This document shows positions 1 through 9,160 of a DNA stretch of 40,447 bases, one piece after another. The stretch spans positions 1 to 40,447 of the IMG/VR virus record IMGVR_UViG_3300005805_004810. One strand, 5' to 3'. Source of the stretch: a virus. Lineage: Duplodnaviria > Caudoviricetes. Each line of letters opens with the position of its first letter. Position 1 is the stretch's first letter. The translations under genes and the position numbers were made by a program. A model generated the notes under the pieces. That model saw only the letters and a list, made by a program, of their open reading frames with translations. It searched no databases and was not told the DNA's origin.

Positions 1-1
1 C

Positions 2-529
2 ATATTAGGCACAACTCCTGCTACTGCTGCAGCTAAAGAAAAGGAAAAAGAGAAGAAGGATGCTGAGAGGAAAAAGAAAGAACCTAAGAAGACTGTAGCG
101 GTAAAACAACGTAAACTTACAGGCATAGACGAGAAGATCTCTGATGCAGTCATAAACAAAAGAGTTGTTAAGCTATACTACCAAGGAGACGAAGAAGAAG
201 CACCAGGTTGGCGTACTAATGTAGAGCCAGTATGCTTTGGATCTCGCAAAGGAATTAAATATGTACGTGCATGGCAAGAGACAGGTAAGACTACCACAAC
301 AGTGCCTGCATGGAAATTCTTTAGGGTAGATCGTATTAAGAACTGGGATGTGGATGGCACCAAGACATTTGACGCACCTCCAGATCCTAGATTCAATCCT
401 AAGGGAGATAAACACCTAGATACTATATTTGCAATAGCAGACTTTGCTGCGGATACTCCAGCAGGAAGTGGACCACTACAAGAAGGAGTTCTGCTACCTG
501 CAATTAAAGACGCTATTAATATCTTTTAA
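2..529 (+). CDS. WYL-domain protein, 5'-truncated by the window edge
   Basis: The frame is open from base 2, well upstream of the listed 302 start: ...ISDAVINKRVVKLYYQGDEEEAPGWRTNVEPVCFG...YVRAWQETG...PAWKFFRVDRIKNW. This is the WYL pattern (vxlxY..R.vEP..Y.raw..wk.FRvDRI). Confidence 0.8.
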   Translation: MLGTTPATAAAKEKEKEKKDAERKKKEPKKTVAVKQRKLTGIDEKISDAVINKRVVKLYYQGDEEEAPGWRTNVEPVCFGSRKGIKYVRAWQETGKTTTTVPAWKFFRVDRIKNWDVDGTKTFDAPPDPRFNPKGDKHLDTIFAIADFAADTPAGSGPLQEGVLLPAIKDAINIF

Positions 530-539
530 AACTGTGACT

Positions 540-872
540 ATGAACCAGAAAGGAAAGACAGCTACAAAGAAAAAAAGAGTGGTACCTTTTTTGAATTACA
601 GTATTAGGCACTTTAATGAATATAGTTTGATAACGGATATGCCAGAAACACAGAAGATTGTATTCGATACACTAGTAGATGCAATCAAGTTCAGTGTAGA
701 AAAGAATAAACAAGAAGCTGAGATTTTTAAATTAAATCCAGAATTTTGTGTAACTTTAAATAGAGATAAATGGAAGTCTTCTCTAAAGAAAGCCATAGAG
801 TTTTATTCAGCAGAGGACAGAGAAGATTATGAAAAATGTAAACAGTGTAAAGATTTGATAGAAATTTTATAG
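540..872 (+). CDS. hypothetical protein with C-terminal UVR-like motif
   Basis: ATG 540 follows the upstream stop; C-terminus EDYEKCKQCKDLI. Confidence 0.65.
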   Translation: MNQKGKTATKKKRVVPFLNYSIRHFNEYSLITDMPETQKIVFDTLVDAIKFSVEKNKQEAEIFKLNPEFCVTLNRDKWKSSLKKAIEFYSAEDREDYEKCKQCKDLIEIL

Positions 873-874
873 TT

Positions 875-1288
875 ATGAAAAATGAGTTCGATCCAAAAAA
901 CACTCATCATCAAAATGTAAAGGTTGCTATAGATAAAATCATTGGGCAGAAGACAACATTCAAAAGAGTAAAGAAGACCCAAGAAGACCAGAGGAGAATC
1001 CTATTTGGTAGAATTATAGAAGCCGTCATCTTAGTTGAAGAGAGAACAATATCCATAGACGAAGGATACCAGCTAGACTTGCAAAAATATAATCAAGCAT
1101 TCTTTGATATTATAAATGATTTCTGGCAATTCTCTTTTTCCAGAGAGCAAATGAATTTGATTAACTTCTATCTGTACGATAGGTATTGCGCAGATGGTTC
1201 TATGCTCAATCTCGTAGACGATCAGGATAACATTGTTCCTCTAAACACTACTGATGATCTATGGTTTCTATTGAACAAAAACGCATAG
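875..1288 (+). CDS. hypothetical protein
   Basis: 137-aa ORF tightly packed between neighbours. Confidence 0.75.
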   Translation: MKNEFDPKNTHHQNVKVAIDKIIGQKTTFKRVKKTQEDQRRILFGRIIEAVILVEERTISIDEGYQLDLQKYNQAFFDIINDFWQFSFSREQMNLINFYLYDRYCADGSMLNLVDDQDNIVPLNTTDDLWFLLNKNA

Positions 1289-1289
1289 T

Positions 1290-2009
1290 ATGTTAATCAG
1301 ACCATTTAAAAAAGAAAAGAAACAAAAGACAGAAAAAGATCACAGAGGACAGGATCTTAATCTAGAACGTCAAACTATTGAAAGAGCCATGCGTGAGACA
1401 ATGTCTAATGCAGGGGCAGCTGTGTTCTTAGGAGTGTCTTACAAGACATATAAGAAGTACGCCAAGATGTACAAGAACGAAGAGGGCGTTACTCTCTTCG
1501 AAGCTCACAAGAATAAAACAGGTAAAGGAATTCCTAAGTTCGGAAAGAGAAGACACGACAAGGCGAGCATATTAGATATCATGGAGGGTAAAGTTGAAAA
1601 GACATTTGTGTCCCTCAAAATACTCAAAAGACAAATCATAGCGCAAGCGATATTGAAAGAAGAGTGCAGCAGGTGTGGATTCCATGAACAACGCATTATT
1701 GACTACAGAGTACCTGTGCTCCTTAATTTTAGAGACGGAGATAAGAAGAATTGGAAACTAGAGAACGTAGAGTTCCTCTGCTACAACTGCTACTTCCTAT
1801 GTGTGGGAGATGTATTCACTAGCAAGCAGATATCTGTGATGGAAGACTACAAAGACGTGAGAGATGTGGAGATAGATTTAGATCTACCACAAAAGCATGA
1901 AGAAGCTATTAAAGAATCAATTGACCTAGAAAATAAACATATTTATAGAAGAGAAGTATTACCGGATGATTACGGTGATGATTTGATAGCTACGACAAAG
2001 AAACGATGA
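1290..2009 (+). CDS. HTH plus HNH-like zinc-binding domain protein
   Basis: N-terminal SNAGAAVFLGVSYKTYKKYAK (HTH-like); CSRCG...LNFRDGDKKNWKLENVEFLCYNC (HNH-like fold lacking the usual His residues). Confidence 0.65.
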   Translation: MLIRPFKKEKKQKTEKDHRGQDLNLERQTIERAMRETMSNAGAAVFLGVSYKTYKKYAKMYKNEEGVTLFEAHKNKTGKGIPKFGKRRHDKASILDIMEGKVEKTFVSLKILKRQIIAQAILKEECSRCGFHEQRIIDYRVPVLLNFRDGDKKNWKLENVEFLCYNCYFLCVGDVFTSKQISVMEDYKDVRDVEIDLDLPQKHEEAIKESIDLENKHIYRREVLPDDYGDDLIATTKKR

Positions 2010-2371
2010 AAAGAAAAGGCTACATAGATGGCTTGGCAGATGACCTCCTGAAAAAGAAAGAAGCGTCTGATAAACTACTAAGCCTTTCCCGAAGAGCCTC
2101 AGGACTAACTGCCTTCCTGGTGAGACAGTCTAAAGAGGATGTGATGAAGACCGAAGCTCTCAAAAAGATACCTGAGCTGAGGGATATGCTAGTGGAGAAG
2201 AAAGAGTTCTTTGATAGGAAAACCGTGAAGAGTGATCACATAAGAATACTAACAAAAGAAATAGACAAGTGTGAAACATTTATTAACGGGAACATCAAAG
2301 AATATACAGCTGATCATTTCAGGACTATATTGGAATGGTATTTTAAAACAAAAGATAAGTATGGTTTCTGA
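2006..2371 (+). CDS. hypothetical protein
   Basis: 121-aa ORF, ATGA overlap with the upstream gene. Confidence 0.7.
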   Translation: MKRKGYIDGLADDLLKKKEASDKLLSLSRRASGLTAFLVRQSKEDVMKTEALKKIPELRDMLVEKKEFFDRKTVKSDHIRILTKEIDKCETFINGNIKEYTADHFRTILEWYFKTKDKYGF

Positions 2372-2672
2372 TTTGTACACCATAAAAGCTACAGATAAAT
2401 CAATGACACTCAAAGAGTTAATGAGTGAACATGAGAGAGGATTGTCTATGGCTATCGTAGAGAGGGTATCCTACGCTGTGGAGAATAAGATTCGTAAGAT
2501 AGACATTGCGCAGATACTCACTGGATCTGTGGTGATAACTCTCCACTCCAAGCACAGAGATTACAGAAGCACTCTAGAGACAAACATGGAAACTCTTATC
2601 AAATATGAGGAGTATGAACTGTGTGCTGCGGGGAAAAAGGCCTTAGACATATTAGATAAAAAGTCTGTCTAG
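2361..2672 (+). CDS. hypothetical protein with C-terminal UVR-like motif
   Basis: ATG 2361 chosen to limit overlap; C-terminus EEYELCAAGKKAL. Confidence 0.65.
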   Translation: MVSDLYTIKATDKSMTLKELMSEHERGLSMAIVERVSYAVENKIRKIDIAQILTGSVVITLHSKHRDYRSTLETNMETLIKYEEYELCAAGKKALDILDKKSV

Positions 2673-2673
2673 A

Positions 2674-2681
2674 ATATTTAT
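2674..2681 (+). promoter_or_regulatory. ATATTTAT motif, candidate phage promoter
   Basis: The same octamer lies upstream of several starts (3398, 17678, 37944 on +; 24374-24381 on -). Confidence 0.4.
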
Positions 2682-2695
2682 ACTAAAATATAAAC

Positions 2696-2902
2696 ATGAA
2701 AAAATTATCTTTTTTGGCAATTTTGTCAATTTTATTTGTATCTTGCGGTGGTGAAGTTAAAGAAGCCCCTGTAAGTGACAGTGCAGCTGTAGCAGCTGAT
2801 ACAGTTGTTGTAGACGGTTCTGTGAAAGAAGAAGTGAAGGAAGAAGTTAAAAAAGGAATTGAAGACCACGGAGTAGAACGTCCAGTGGAACATATTAAAT
2901 AA
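2696..2902 (+). CDS. small lipoprotein
   Basis: MKK, hydrophobic stretch, lipobox LFVS-C. Confidence 0.75.
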   Translation: MKKLSFLAILSILFVSCGGEVKEAPVSDSAAVAADTVVVDGSVKEEVKEEVKKGIEDHGVERPVEHIK

Positions 2903-2903
2903 T

Positions 2904-3261
2904 GGGGATGCCTGGTATCGATCCGGATGCTGAGGTAATATCACATGCAGAGATAAGTACTACATCTCTTTAAACTGTGTACAACAAATAAACGCAGAAG
3001 AATTATCTTCTATGACCTTCGATGACCTGATGGCCTTCGTTGGTGCTGACGACTACGCTCTTGCAGCCTAGTCCGAAAGGGGCAGCTGATAGCCTTGCAA
3101 CAGAACAGCACTAAAGTTTTCCTTGTAGTCATAAAACAAGGTGGTGGATCCGACCCTACGGTCAGCCCTACGGTGCAGTAGCAATACAGTACTAAGCATG
3201 TGAGACGTTGATATTATTGTCTCTTTCGGAGACGTGGGTTCGATTCCCACCATCTCCACCA
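2904..3261 (+). ncRNA. ssrA: tmRNA (transfer-messenger RNA)
   Basis: Acceptor stem GGGGATG/CATCTCC with a G3.U wobble; 3' ACCA; T-arm GTGGG-TTCGATT-CCCAC; tag frame 2994-3071 AEELSSMTFDDLMAFVGADDYALAA*. Confidence 0.95.
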
Positions 3262-3289
3262 GTTTAGGTTTAGGTTTATTGGTTAGGAC

Positions 3290-3320
3290 GGAAGGGGGTT
3301 TCTACCCCTTTCCTTTTTTT
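3290..3320 (+). terminator. intrinsic terminator after tmRNA
   Basis: GGAAGGGGGT-TTCT-ACCCCTTTCC hairpin followed by T7. Confidence 0.85.
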
Positions 3321-3464
3321 GTGCGTAGCAAATCCTCGGCAATGATACCCGGACATTCCTAACACTTCTGTTAGGGCCAATATTAGCATCGTTCATTATA
3401 TTTATTATTGAAGGTTGTATATGGTTTTAAAAAATCTATACAGCCTTTTTTTTATCCATACCCT

Positions 3465-3977
3465 ATGAAATATATACTACTTGTACTGTCCGTACTTATC
3501 TTTTCTTTTTGGGCTAGTGGTTCAGAACGCAAACCAGTTGCTGACAAGATATGTGTCAGGAATGTATTCAATGCTATCCAGACTGGACCACAGACAGGTA
3601 ATGTAAACTTAGCGTTTGGTGTAAAGAATATATTATCAGAAGCCCTCCAAGACAAAGGATACGATATAGTTCCTGAAGAAAATGCAGACCTGTTCTTGGA
3701 TGTAGAGATAGTCTACTTTGACGTAGAAAAAACAAAGTCAAATTTATCTGTTTTCCATAAAGAAGACAACGCAGTTGTTATTCGCTTGAAAGGCATTATA
3801 TACGACAAAAAAGAAAAGAAAATCAATCAGATCCTTGTTACGGACAAGTCAAGCGAAATCGTTAACACTGTAGCTTTAGTAACAGAAGAGGGTGGTTTTA
3901 ACACAACGTTGGCTCGCAACGCGGTTAAAAAAACTTGTGTTCTACTAATCTATAGACTGTTTAACATTAAAGAATAA
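3465..3977 (+). CDS. secreted CsgG/LptE-like alpha-beta protein
   Basis: Signal peptide from ATG 3465; LAFGVKNILSEALQDKGY...LDVEIVYFD...VIRLKG...LARNAVKKTC, the same layout as the CsgG-like ORF at 8430. Confidence 0.55.
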   Translation: MKYILLVLSVLIFSFWASGSERKPVADKICVRNVFNAIQTGPQTGNVNLAFGVKNILSEALQDKGYDIVPEENADLFLDVEIVYFDVEKTKSNLSVFHKEDNAVVIRLKGIIYDKKEKKINQILVTDKSSEIVNTVALVTEEGGFNTTLARNAVKKTCVLLIYRLFNIKE

Positions 3978-3978
3978 T

Positions 3979-5745
3979 ATGAAATACTTATTGGCTCCCC
4001 TTCTTGCGTTCTTTGGGCTGAATGCACAGGCTCAAATTGCCGAGCTTAAGATATCTCCAAATGTCGTAACTACAGACATTAACGGAGGTACTATAGAGAA
4101 AGATGATACTGTTCAGGTAGCTCTGGTGTTTAAGAACAATAATTCGAATCTAAGAACCTTCTACTTGGATTTCCAACATCAAATCAGTGCTATCAACATG
4201 ATTGGTGTAGTATTCCCAGCAGCTGGTACAGAAGCTATCCCTACAGGTACACAAACTTCTTTTACCAATAACTACTATCCAGGATATAACTGGTACGACA
4301 ATGCTAACAATAACACAGAGGATGGATTGCAGAATGCTTATAATGCGCAATACCAATACGTTCAAGGACAGTCTAAAGCAATCAATCGTATCAATATAAA
4401 CACTGCTACCTCAAATGGTAACGTCACTCAGCTTAATGACGGTATCCTCTGCTACCTCAGATTCAAAGTAGTAAACGTAGCAGCTGGATTTGCTTATGAT
4501 TCCATCTACTATAACTTTGCCTATGGATGGGATAATGCAGGGCAGCAGAAGAGTATAAAAATGCCTAAGCCTAATTCATCTTGGGTTAATATAGATCCGT
4601 CTTCTAACGCCTTGATCCATGGAGTATTCCAGATAAACGGTAACTTGACAGGAACTCTTAGACCTACTATCGCTATAGTAGACTCTGCGACAAATACTCT
4701 GAGGGCTAGTAGATCCGTAGGAGCAAACAATCAGTTTAGTATTAGCAGCGAACTATTGCCTAATACAGTATACTACGCTAGCGTATGGGTACCGTCAGAT
4801 AGTCTCTCCAGTATCCTAACAAAATCCATAACTGTTTCAGACTACACAGCTGCACAGACAGAGTTCATCAAGCAGAATCTGGATGGAACCTTCTCTAAGA
4901 CAGCTATGACATCTGGAATGAGTTTCTACGCAGCAGACGCTAACCAAAACCAGAAGTTTGACGGAGGGGATGTGGGATTGATATTTGCACAGGCTGTTGG
5001 GGCTGACACTATATTCTCCCCACAAGCAAACTCAGCAACAACAAATCTCCCTGTGTTCCTCACCAAGTACTTCGATACTGTATCTGTGGATAGCGCCTTG
5101 AAGCTAAGCGCTACCGGATTGAATTCCTTTAAGGTTAAATTCAAGACCAAAGACGTAGCAGATACTCTAAGTATCAAATATCTCATCCCAGGCGATATAA
5201 ACCGGTCACATTCGTCTCAAGTTGTGGTTGGAGGTCAGACTATCTCTACAGCTAAAAACAGCCTTAAATTGGCTAATATTGCGTCTAGTGCGTTTGGGTA
5301 CACAGCTGCCTATGCGGAACCCGCCTATATAGACGTCAGCCTGAGTAACGTTACAGCCACCTCAAATAATATAGAGATCCCAGTATCAGTAAATACCAAA
5401 GGGAACAACGTAGCAGCTCTCCAGTTTGAGTTTGTTTTTGATGCCAGTAAGGTAGCTTTTGAGGACCTGAAAGCCGAGATCCCTAACGGATGGTACCTAT
5501 TTGCCAATAACAATAAGCCTGGAGTGGTTAGATTCGGAGCTGTAGATAGGGATTTGAAAGCCCCATTAGCAGCAAATTCTATTCCATTTAAGGTGAAGTT
5601 CAAGGCCCTACAGAGTGGATTGGACATTAACACTAAGGTACAAGTAACCCAGAATTTTGACGCATCTGACAATAAAGGTAACCAGTTAGGTATTAACATG
5701 AACACAACCACTATTAAAATAACCGGATACAACAATTTTAACTAA
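3979..5745 (+). CDS. secreted cohesin/dockerin-like domain protein
   Basis: Signal peptide (AQA); N-terminal beta-sandwich; dockerin/EF-like ADANQNQKFDGGD and PGDINRS; C-terminal cohesin-like IEIPVSV...VAALQFEFVFDASKVAF. Confidence 0.7.
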   Translation: MKYLLAPLLAFFGLNAQAQIAELKISPNVVTTDINGGTIEKDDTVQVALVFKNNNSNLRTFYLDFQHQISAINMIGVVFPAAGTEAIPTGTQTSFTNNYYPGYNWYDNANNNTEDGLQNAYNAQYQYVQGQSKAINRININTATSNGNVTQLNDGILCYLRFKVVNVAAGFAYDSIYYNFAYGWDNAGQQKSIKMPKPNSSWVNIDPSSNALIHGVFQINGNLTGTLRPTIAIVDSATNTLRASRSVGANNQFSISSELLPNTVYYASVWVPSDSLSSILTKSITVSDYTAAQTEFIKQNLDGTFSKTAMTSGMSFYAADANQNQKFDGGDVGLIFAQAVGADTIFSPQANSATTNLPVFLTKYFDTVSVDSALKLSATGLNSFKVKFKTKDVADTLSIKYLIPGDINRSHSSQVVVGGQTISTAKNSLKLANIASSAFGYTAAYAEPAYIDVSLSNVTATSNNIEIPVSVNTKGNNVAALQFEFVFDASKVAFEDLKAEIPNGWYLFANNNKPGVVRFGAVDRDLKAPLAANSIPFKVKFKALQSGLDINTKVQVTQNFDASDNKGNQLGINMNTTTIKITGYNNFN

Positions 5746-5746
5746 G

Positions 5747-6109
5747 ATGAAACAGACAGCATTACTCTCATTATTCTTGATATTTATACTTGGATGTACG
5801 AAAATAGATTATACTCCTCAAATAGATTTGGGAGTCGATTCTCATTCCGCCTCCATAAATAAGGTTTCTCCAATCCTTTCCGACGGAAGTGCTGTGACAG
5901 TAGGCATGACTCTTACGATAGGCGCAAAGTACTCCTTACAGGTTCTAGACATGTTGGAAAAGGAACACAAGGTAATAGGTTTTACAGCAGGCAATACAAA
6001 CACAATTAAAGTGTTGGATTTGTCAGATCTAAAGAACGGTGACTACACCCTGGTTTTAATCGATATAAAAGGAAACGAAATTAAAAGAAACATCATAATT
6101 AAAAAGTAA
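5747..6109 (+). CDS. lipoprotein with T9SS C-terminal sorting-domain-like region
   Basis: Lipobox ILG-C; C-terminus LDLSDLKNGDYTLVL...IKRNIIIKK resembles a type A CTD. Confidence 0.6.
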   Translation: MKQTALLSLFLIFILGCTKIDYTPQIDLGVDSHSASINKVSPILSDGSAVTVGMTLTIGAKYSLQVLDMLEKEHKVIGFTAGNTNTIKVLDLSDLKNGDYTLVLIDIKGNEIKRNIIIKK

Positions 6110-6113
6110 ATCT

Positions 6114-6416
6114 ATGTCAGAAGAACAAAACGAAAGCACAGGTAAGTCCATTAAGAATATCATTATTGGACTTGTAAGTACTATCACTTTGGGTGTAGGT
6201 GGTTGGGTAACCACAAAGCTGACTGGTGGAGATAAAGAAGAAGCAGCTCCAGTTCAACAAGCAGCTCCAGTAATTAACATCCAAAACAACCAGACTCAAG
6301 CAGCTGGTGGTGGTGGTAAAACAGTTGTTATTAAAGAAAAGGAAACAGTTAAAGAAGTGCCTGCAAAGAAAAAGAAAGAAGGCGACGAATTTAAAGAAGC
6401 ACCCGCTCAATGGTAA
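6114..6416 (+). CDS. single-TM membrane protein
   Basis: Hydrophobic IIIGLVSTITLGVGGWV followed by a Q/A/P and K/E-rich tail. Confidence 0.7.
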   Translation: MSEEQNESTGKSIKNIIIGLVSTITLGVGGWVTTKLTGGDKEEAAPVQQAAPVINIQNNQTQAAGGGGKTVVIKEKETVKEVPAKKKKEGDEFKEAPAQW

Positions 6417-6419
6417 TAT

Positions 6420-7094
6420 ATGAGTAATCAACCAGCAACAGGTTTTAAAGACCTACTAAATAGTATGATGAAGCGCAGATGGTTTATTACTGCGCTAGTC
6501 CTAGGTGCATTTATGTTAATCATCGTAGGATTCTTTATAGGCATTGGAAGATCAACTCCAATAGCAGCAGAATGGAAAGAACTCCTTCTACTGATGTTAG
6601 GTGCCTTCATCGGTTCTTACGGTAAGATTATAGACTATTGGTTTAGCGATACTGATAAAGATAAGATGCTAGTCCAAAAGATGGACGAGGAGGACGGAGT
6701 TTCAATGTCACATACCAACGACATGAAAGAATCCAACAAACCACCTACTCCAATCATCCCAGATGCATTTATACAAGGCGCAGCAGCTGCAAGAGAATTA
6801 GCTAAAGATGAGAACAAACAAAACTTTGAATTGGCTAAAGCAGAGATGCACCACCAGCATGAGATGGATAAGTTGGAAGCTAGCAAACCAAAGCCAGTTG
6901 AACAACCTAAACCAAAGCCAAGAACTGGTATAGAGATAGACGAGGATGGTGATGGTACTATGGATGGTATAGACTTCGATGGTGACGGTAAGATTGATAT
7001 GTACTTCGCACACAGACAATGTGAACACGTATGGGGAGATTCAGATCACGATGGTGATTTAGAATGTCTCAAGTGCGGTAAGATAAAAGATTAA
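6420..7094 (+). CDS. 2-TM membrane protein with DxDxDG repeats and C-terminal Cys/His motif
   Basis: Two TM segments; DEDGDG, DFDGDG, DSDHDG; CEH...CLKC. Confidence 0.7.
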   Translation: MSNQPATGFKDLLNSMMKRRWFITALVLGAFMLIIVGFFIGIGRSTPIAAEWKELLLLMLGAFIGSYGKIIDYWFSDTDKDKMLVQKMDEEDGVSMSHTNDMKESNKPPTPIIPDAFIQGAAAARELAKDENKQNFELAKAEMHHQHEMDKLEASKPKPVEQPKPKPRTGIEIDEDGDGTMDGIDFDGDGKIDMYFAHRQCEHVWGDSDHDGDLECLKCGKIKD

Positions 7095-7109
7095 TCAAAA
7101 CTCAACAAA

Positions 7110-7526
7110 ATGATAACTTCTATTGCTTTAGTTGTACTGATGATCGTACACTTAATCTCTTGGGTGGTATATCAGAAACACCAATTTTTAGAAAGAGATT
7201 TAGTCCATTCAGATCCAGAAACAGCTTATCAAAAACATAATAAAGGTTGGCATTTTTGGAAAGGTATAAACCATATTTCTGTTTATGGTATGTTGTATTT
7301 TGGATTTGGTTTCAAGTGGATGATGATATTCGCTGTGTTATTCTGGGCTGGATTTGACATATTGGTAAATGTCGTGGTATTGAAAAGAAAAGCCCTGCAT
7401 GTAGGAAAGACAGCTGATACAGATCTATTCATCAGGAAGGTGTCAAACATTATAAAAATAAGCCCAGAGCATACTTCTTTACTTATAAAGGTAGCCATAC
7501 TGTTGGGAGTTATAGTTGTGTTATAA
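7110..7526 (+). CDS. multi-TM membrane protein
   Basis: Several hydrophobic segments. Confidence 0.7.
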   Translation: MITSIALVVLMIVHLISWVVYQKHQFLERDLVHSDPETAYQKHNKGWHFWKGINHISVYGMLYFGFGFKWMMIFAVLFWAGFDILVNVVVLKRKALHVGKTADTDLFIRKVSNIIKISPEHTSLLIKVAILLGVIVVL

Positions 7527-7562
7527 ACTGTTGTCGCTATTGTATAACTTAAAACAACTAAG

Positions 7563-7811
7563 ATGAAAAAATTCTTTCACGACCTATTCAACGACAGCAA
7601 CTCTATTAATGAGAAAGCTGTTATTGGATTCGCAGCATTTATGATGATGGTAATATTCGCAGTAGCAGATATTGTTACTGGTGCATTAAACAAGCCATTG
7701 TTGGTAAATGAATTTATTTTCGACTCATTTAAAATTTTGACAATCGCTTGCTTCGGTATTGCTTCTGTCGATAAATGGATAAACAAAAAAGGCGATAGTA
7801 AAGCCGAATAA
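7563..7811 (+). CDS. small 2-TM membrane protein (holin-like topology)
   Basis: 82 aa, two TM segments, charged C-terminus. Confidence 0.6.
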   Translation: MKKFFHDLFNDSNSINEKAVIGFAAFMMMVIFAVADIVTGALNKPLLVNEFIFDSFKILTIACFGIASVDKWINKKGDSKAE

Positions 7812-7816
7812 ATTTT

Positions 7817-7978
7817 ATGAAAAAGATTAGATGGTTCTTTGTAAACTTAGTTCTATTGTTTGTTTTACTTGCAGCGAGTTTTCAGATTAGTATGGTAGTA
7901 ATATCTTTTACGAATCCCAAACTAGCTACAAACATTGCTAAAGAATTAATTTGGAAATTAGATGGAAGGTTTAATTAG
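7817..7978 (+). CDS. small membrane protein (53 aa, not in ORF track)
   Basis: MKKIRWFFVNLVLLFVLLAASFQISMVVISF...GRFN* fills the gap. Confidence 0.65.
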   Translation: MKKIRWFFVNLVLLFVLLAASFQISMVVISFTNPKLATNIAKELIWKLDGRFN

Positions 7979-8423
7979 ATTAATTTCTACATTAGCATTT
8001 TTGTTTATTTCAATTGTTTCTTTTTCTCAAACATCAATATATGGTGGGGTCTGGAGTATTGAAAAAAATCCCAGGCCCTATTTTTATTTTGGAACAGGTA
8101 AAACTTACGGAAGTAACTTTACTTATTCACCAGTGCTTGGTATAGGAGTTAACTCAGAAAATAAAGTATCTGGTATGATAGGTTTTGACACAGAGTTTGG
8201 ATATGGAGAACTTCAGCCATTAGCAGGATTCGGAGTGGAGATGTTTGGGTGGGAACAAGTGTATCAGGATTTCATGCCAAACTTTAGAGTAGGATTAAAG
8301 TATAAAAGAGTGAGGTTTTTAAGTTCTATGAATTGGGATTTCAATAAAATAGAAACAAAACTAGGCCCAGCTCTCCGACCAGTATCTAAATTAACTTACG
8401 GTTTATTTTACGATTTTAAATAA
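7962..8423 (+). CDS. small outer-membrane beta-barrel-like protein
   Basis: Signal peptide (SFS-Q); alternating G/aromatic strands; C-terminus LTYGLFYDFK. Confidence 0.6.
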   Translation: MEGLIRLISTLAFLFISIVSFSQTSIYGGVWSIEKNPRPYFYFGTGKTYGSNFTYSPVLGIGVNSENKVSGMIGFDTEFGYGELQPLAGFGVEMFGWEQVYQDFMPNFRVGLKYKRVRFLSSMNWDFNKIETKLGPALRPVSKLTYGLFYDFK

Positions 8424-8429
8424 TATAAG

Positions 8430-9152
8430 ATGAGGAAGTTTATTTTTGCTTTAATTTTTATACTCTCAGTACAAATAGGAGCGTATTCTCAAACTATAGG
8501 CAGCACAAAGACAGAATCGTTTGTAGCTGACTTTGAAAAGAAGAAAGACATTTCTGCTTTCCTAGACTATGATGGTCCACAAATCCCTATTCAGATTCTC
8601 AAATGCGGTATCTCAGACGAAATATATGAGATGTATCCAGAGCTTAAAGAAAAGCGTGTAGGTCTTGGTGTAGCCAATATCTCAATGGAATACCTAGAGA
8701 ACCTCAACAGATTCAAATTCACTGAAGATAAAACAGAAATAAAGAATCGCATGGTGAAACAGTTCCAAGCATCACAAGCTGGTATTTCAGAAAACAAACT
8801 AGATGGTCGTGGTAAGATCAATCTAGCTAAATACTTTGTGACCATTGAAGTGTATGACTATTCTATCTCAGAAGATGAGACAATTAATTTGAAGAATGGC
8901 ATCAAGGATAATATGGTAACTAGACTTGGTCTCCAAGTTAGATTTACTGATGCAGAGACAGCAACTATTATCAGCGCCTCTGGACTGGGAGAAGCCAGAA
9001 CAAACAGAGAGCTGACATTGCTTAGCGATGCAGCAGTAGATCCAATCAAGTTTAATCAATCTACTATCAGTATAGCAACTAAGAAAGCACTTGACATTGC
9101 ATGTGCTAATATCTTAGATAGAATGATTAAGAAAGGTATATTCACTAAATAA
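8430..9152 (+). CDS. CsgG/HfaB-family secretion-pore-like protein
   Basis: Signal peptide; GLGVANISMEYLENLNRFKFTE...GKINLAKYFVTIEVYDYS...RLGLQVRFTDAETATIISASG matches the CsgG-family layout. Confidence 0.7.
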   Translation: MRKFIFALIFILSVQIGAYSQTIGSTKTESFVADFEKKKDISAFLDYDGPQIPIQILKCGISDEIYEMYPELKEKRVGLGVANISMEYLENLNRFKFTEDKTEIKNRMVKQFQASQAGISENKLDGRGKINLAKYFVTIEVYDYSISEDETINLKNGIKDNMVTRLGLQVRFTDAETATIISASGLGEARTNRELTLLSDAAVDPIKFNQSTISIATKKALDIACANILDRMIKKGIFTK

Positions 9153-9160
9153 AAGTTTAT

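Noticed and set aside
3068-3259. 63-aa - strand ORF (MEMVGIEPTS...)
   Set aside because: It is the antisense read of the tmRNA T-arm, a classic artefact
3262-3286. GTTTAG repeats resembling telomeric repeats
   Set aside because: Only two to three copies; treated as a G/T-rich pre-terminator tract
3321-3397. Hairpin CCTAACA-CTTC-TGTTAGG and a 31-aa - strand micro-ORF after the tmRNA terminator
   Set aside because: A single short hairpin and an ORF without motifs are not enough evidence
7563-7811. Lysis cassette around the holin-like gene
   Set aside because: No endolysin or spanin pair is recognisable nearby
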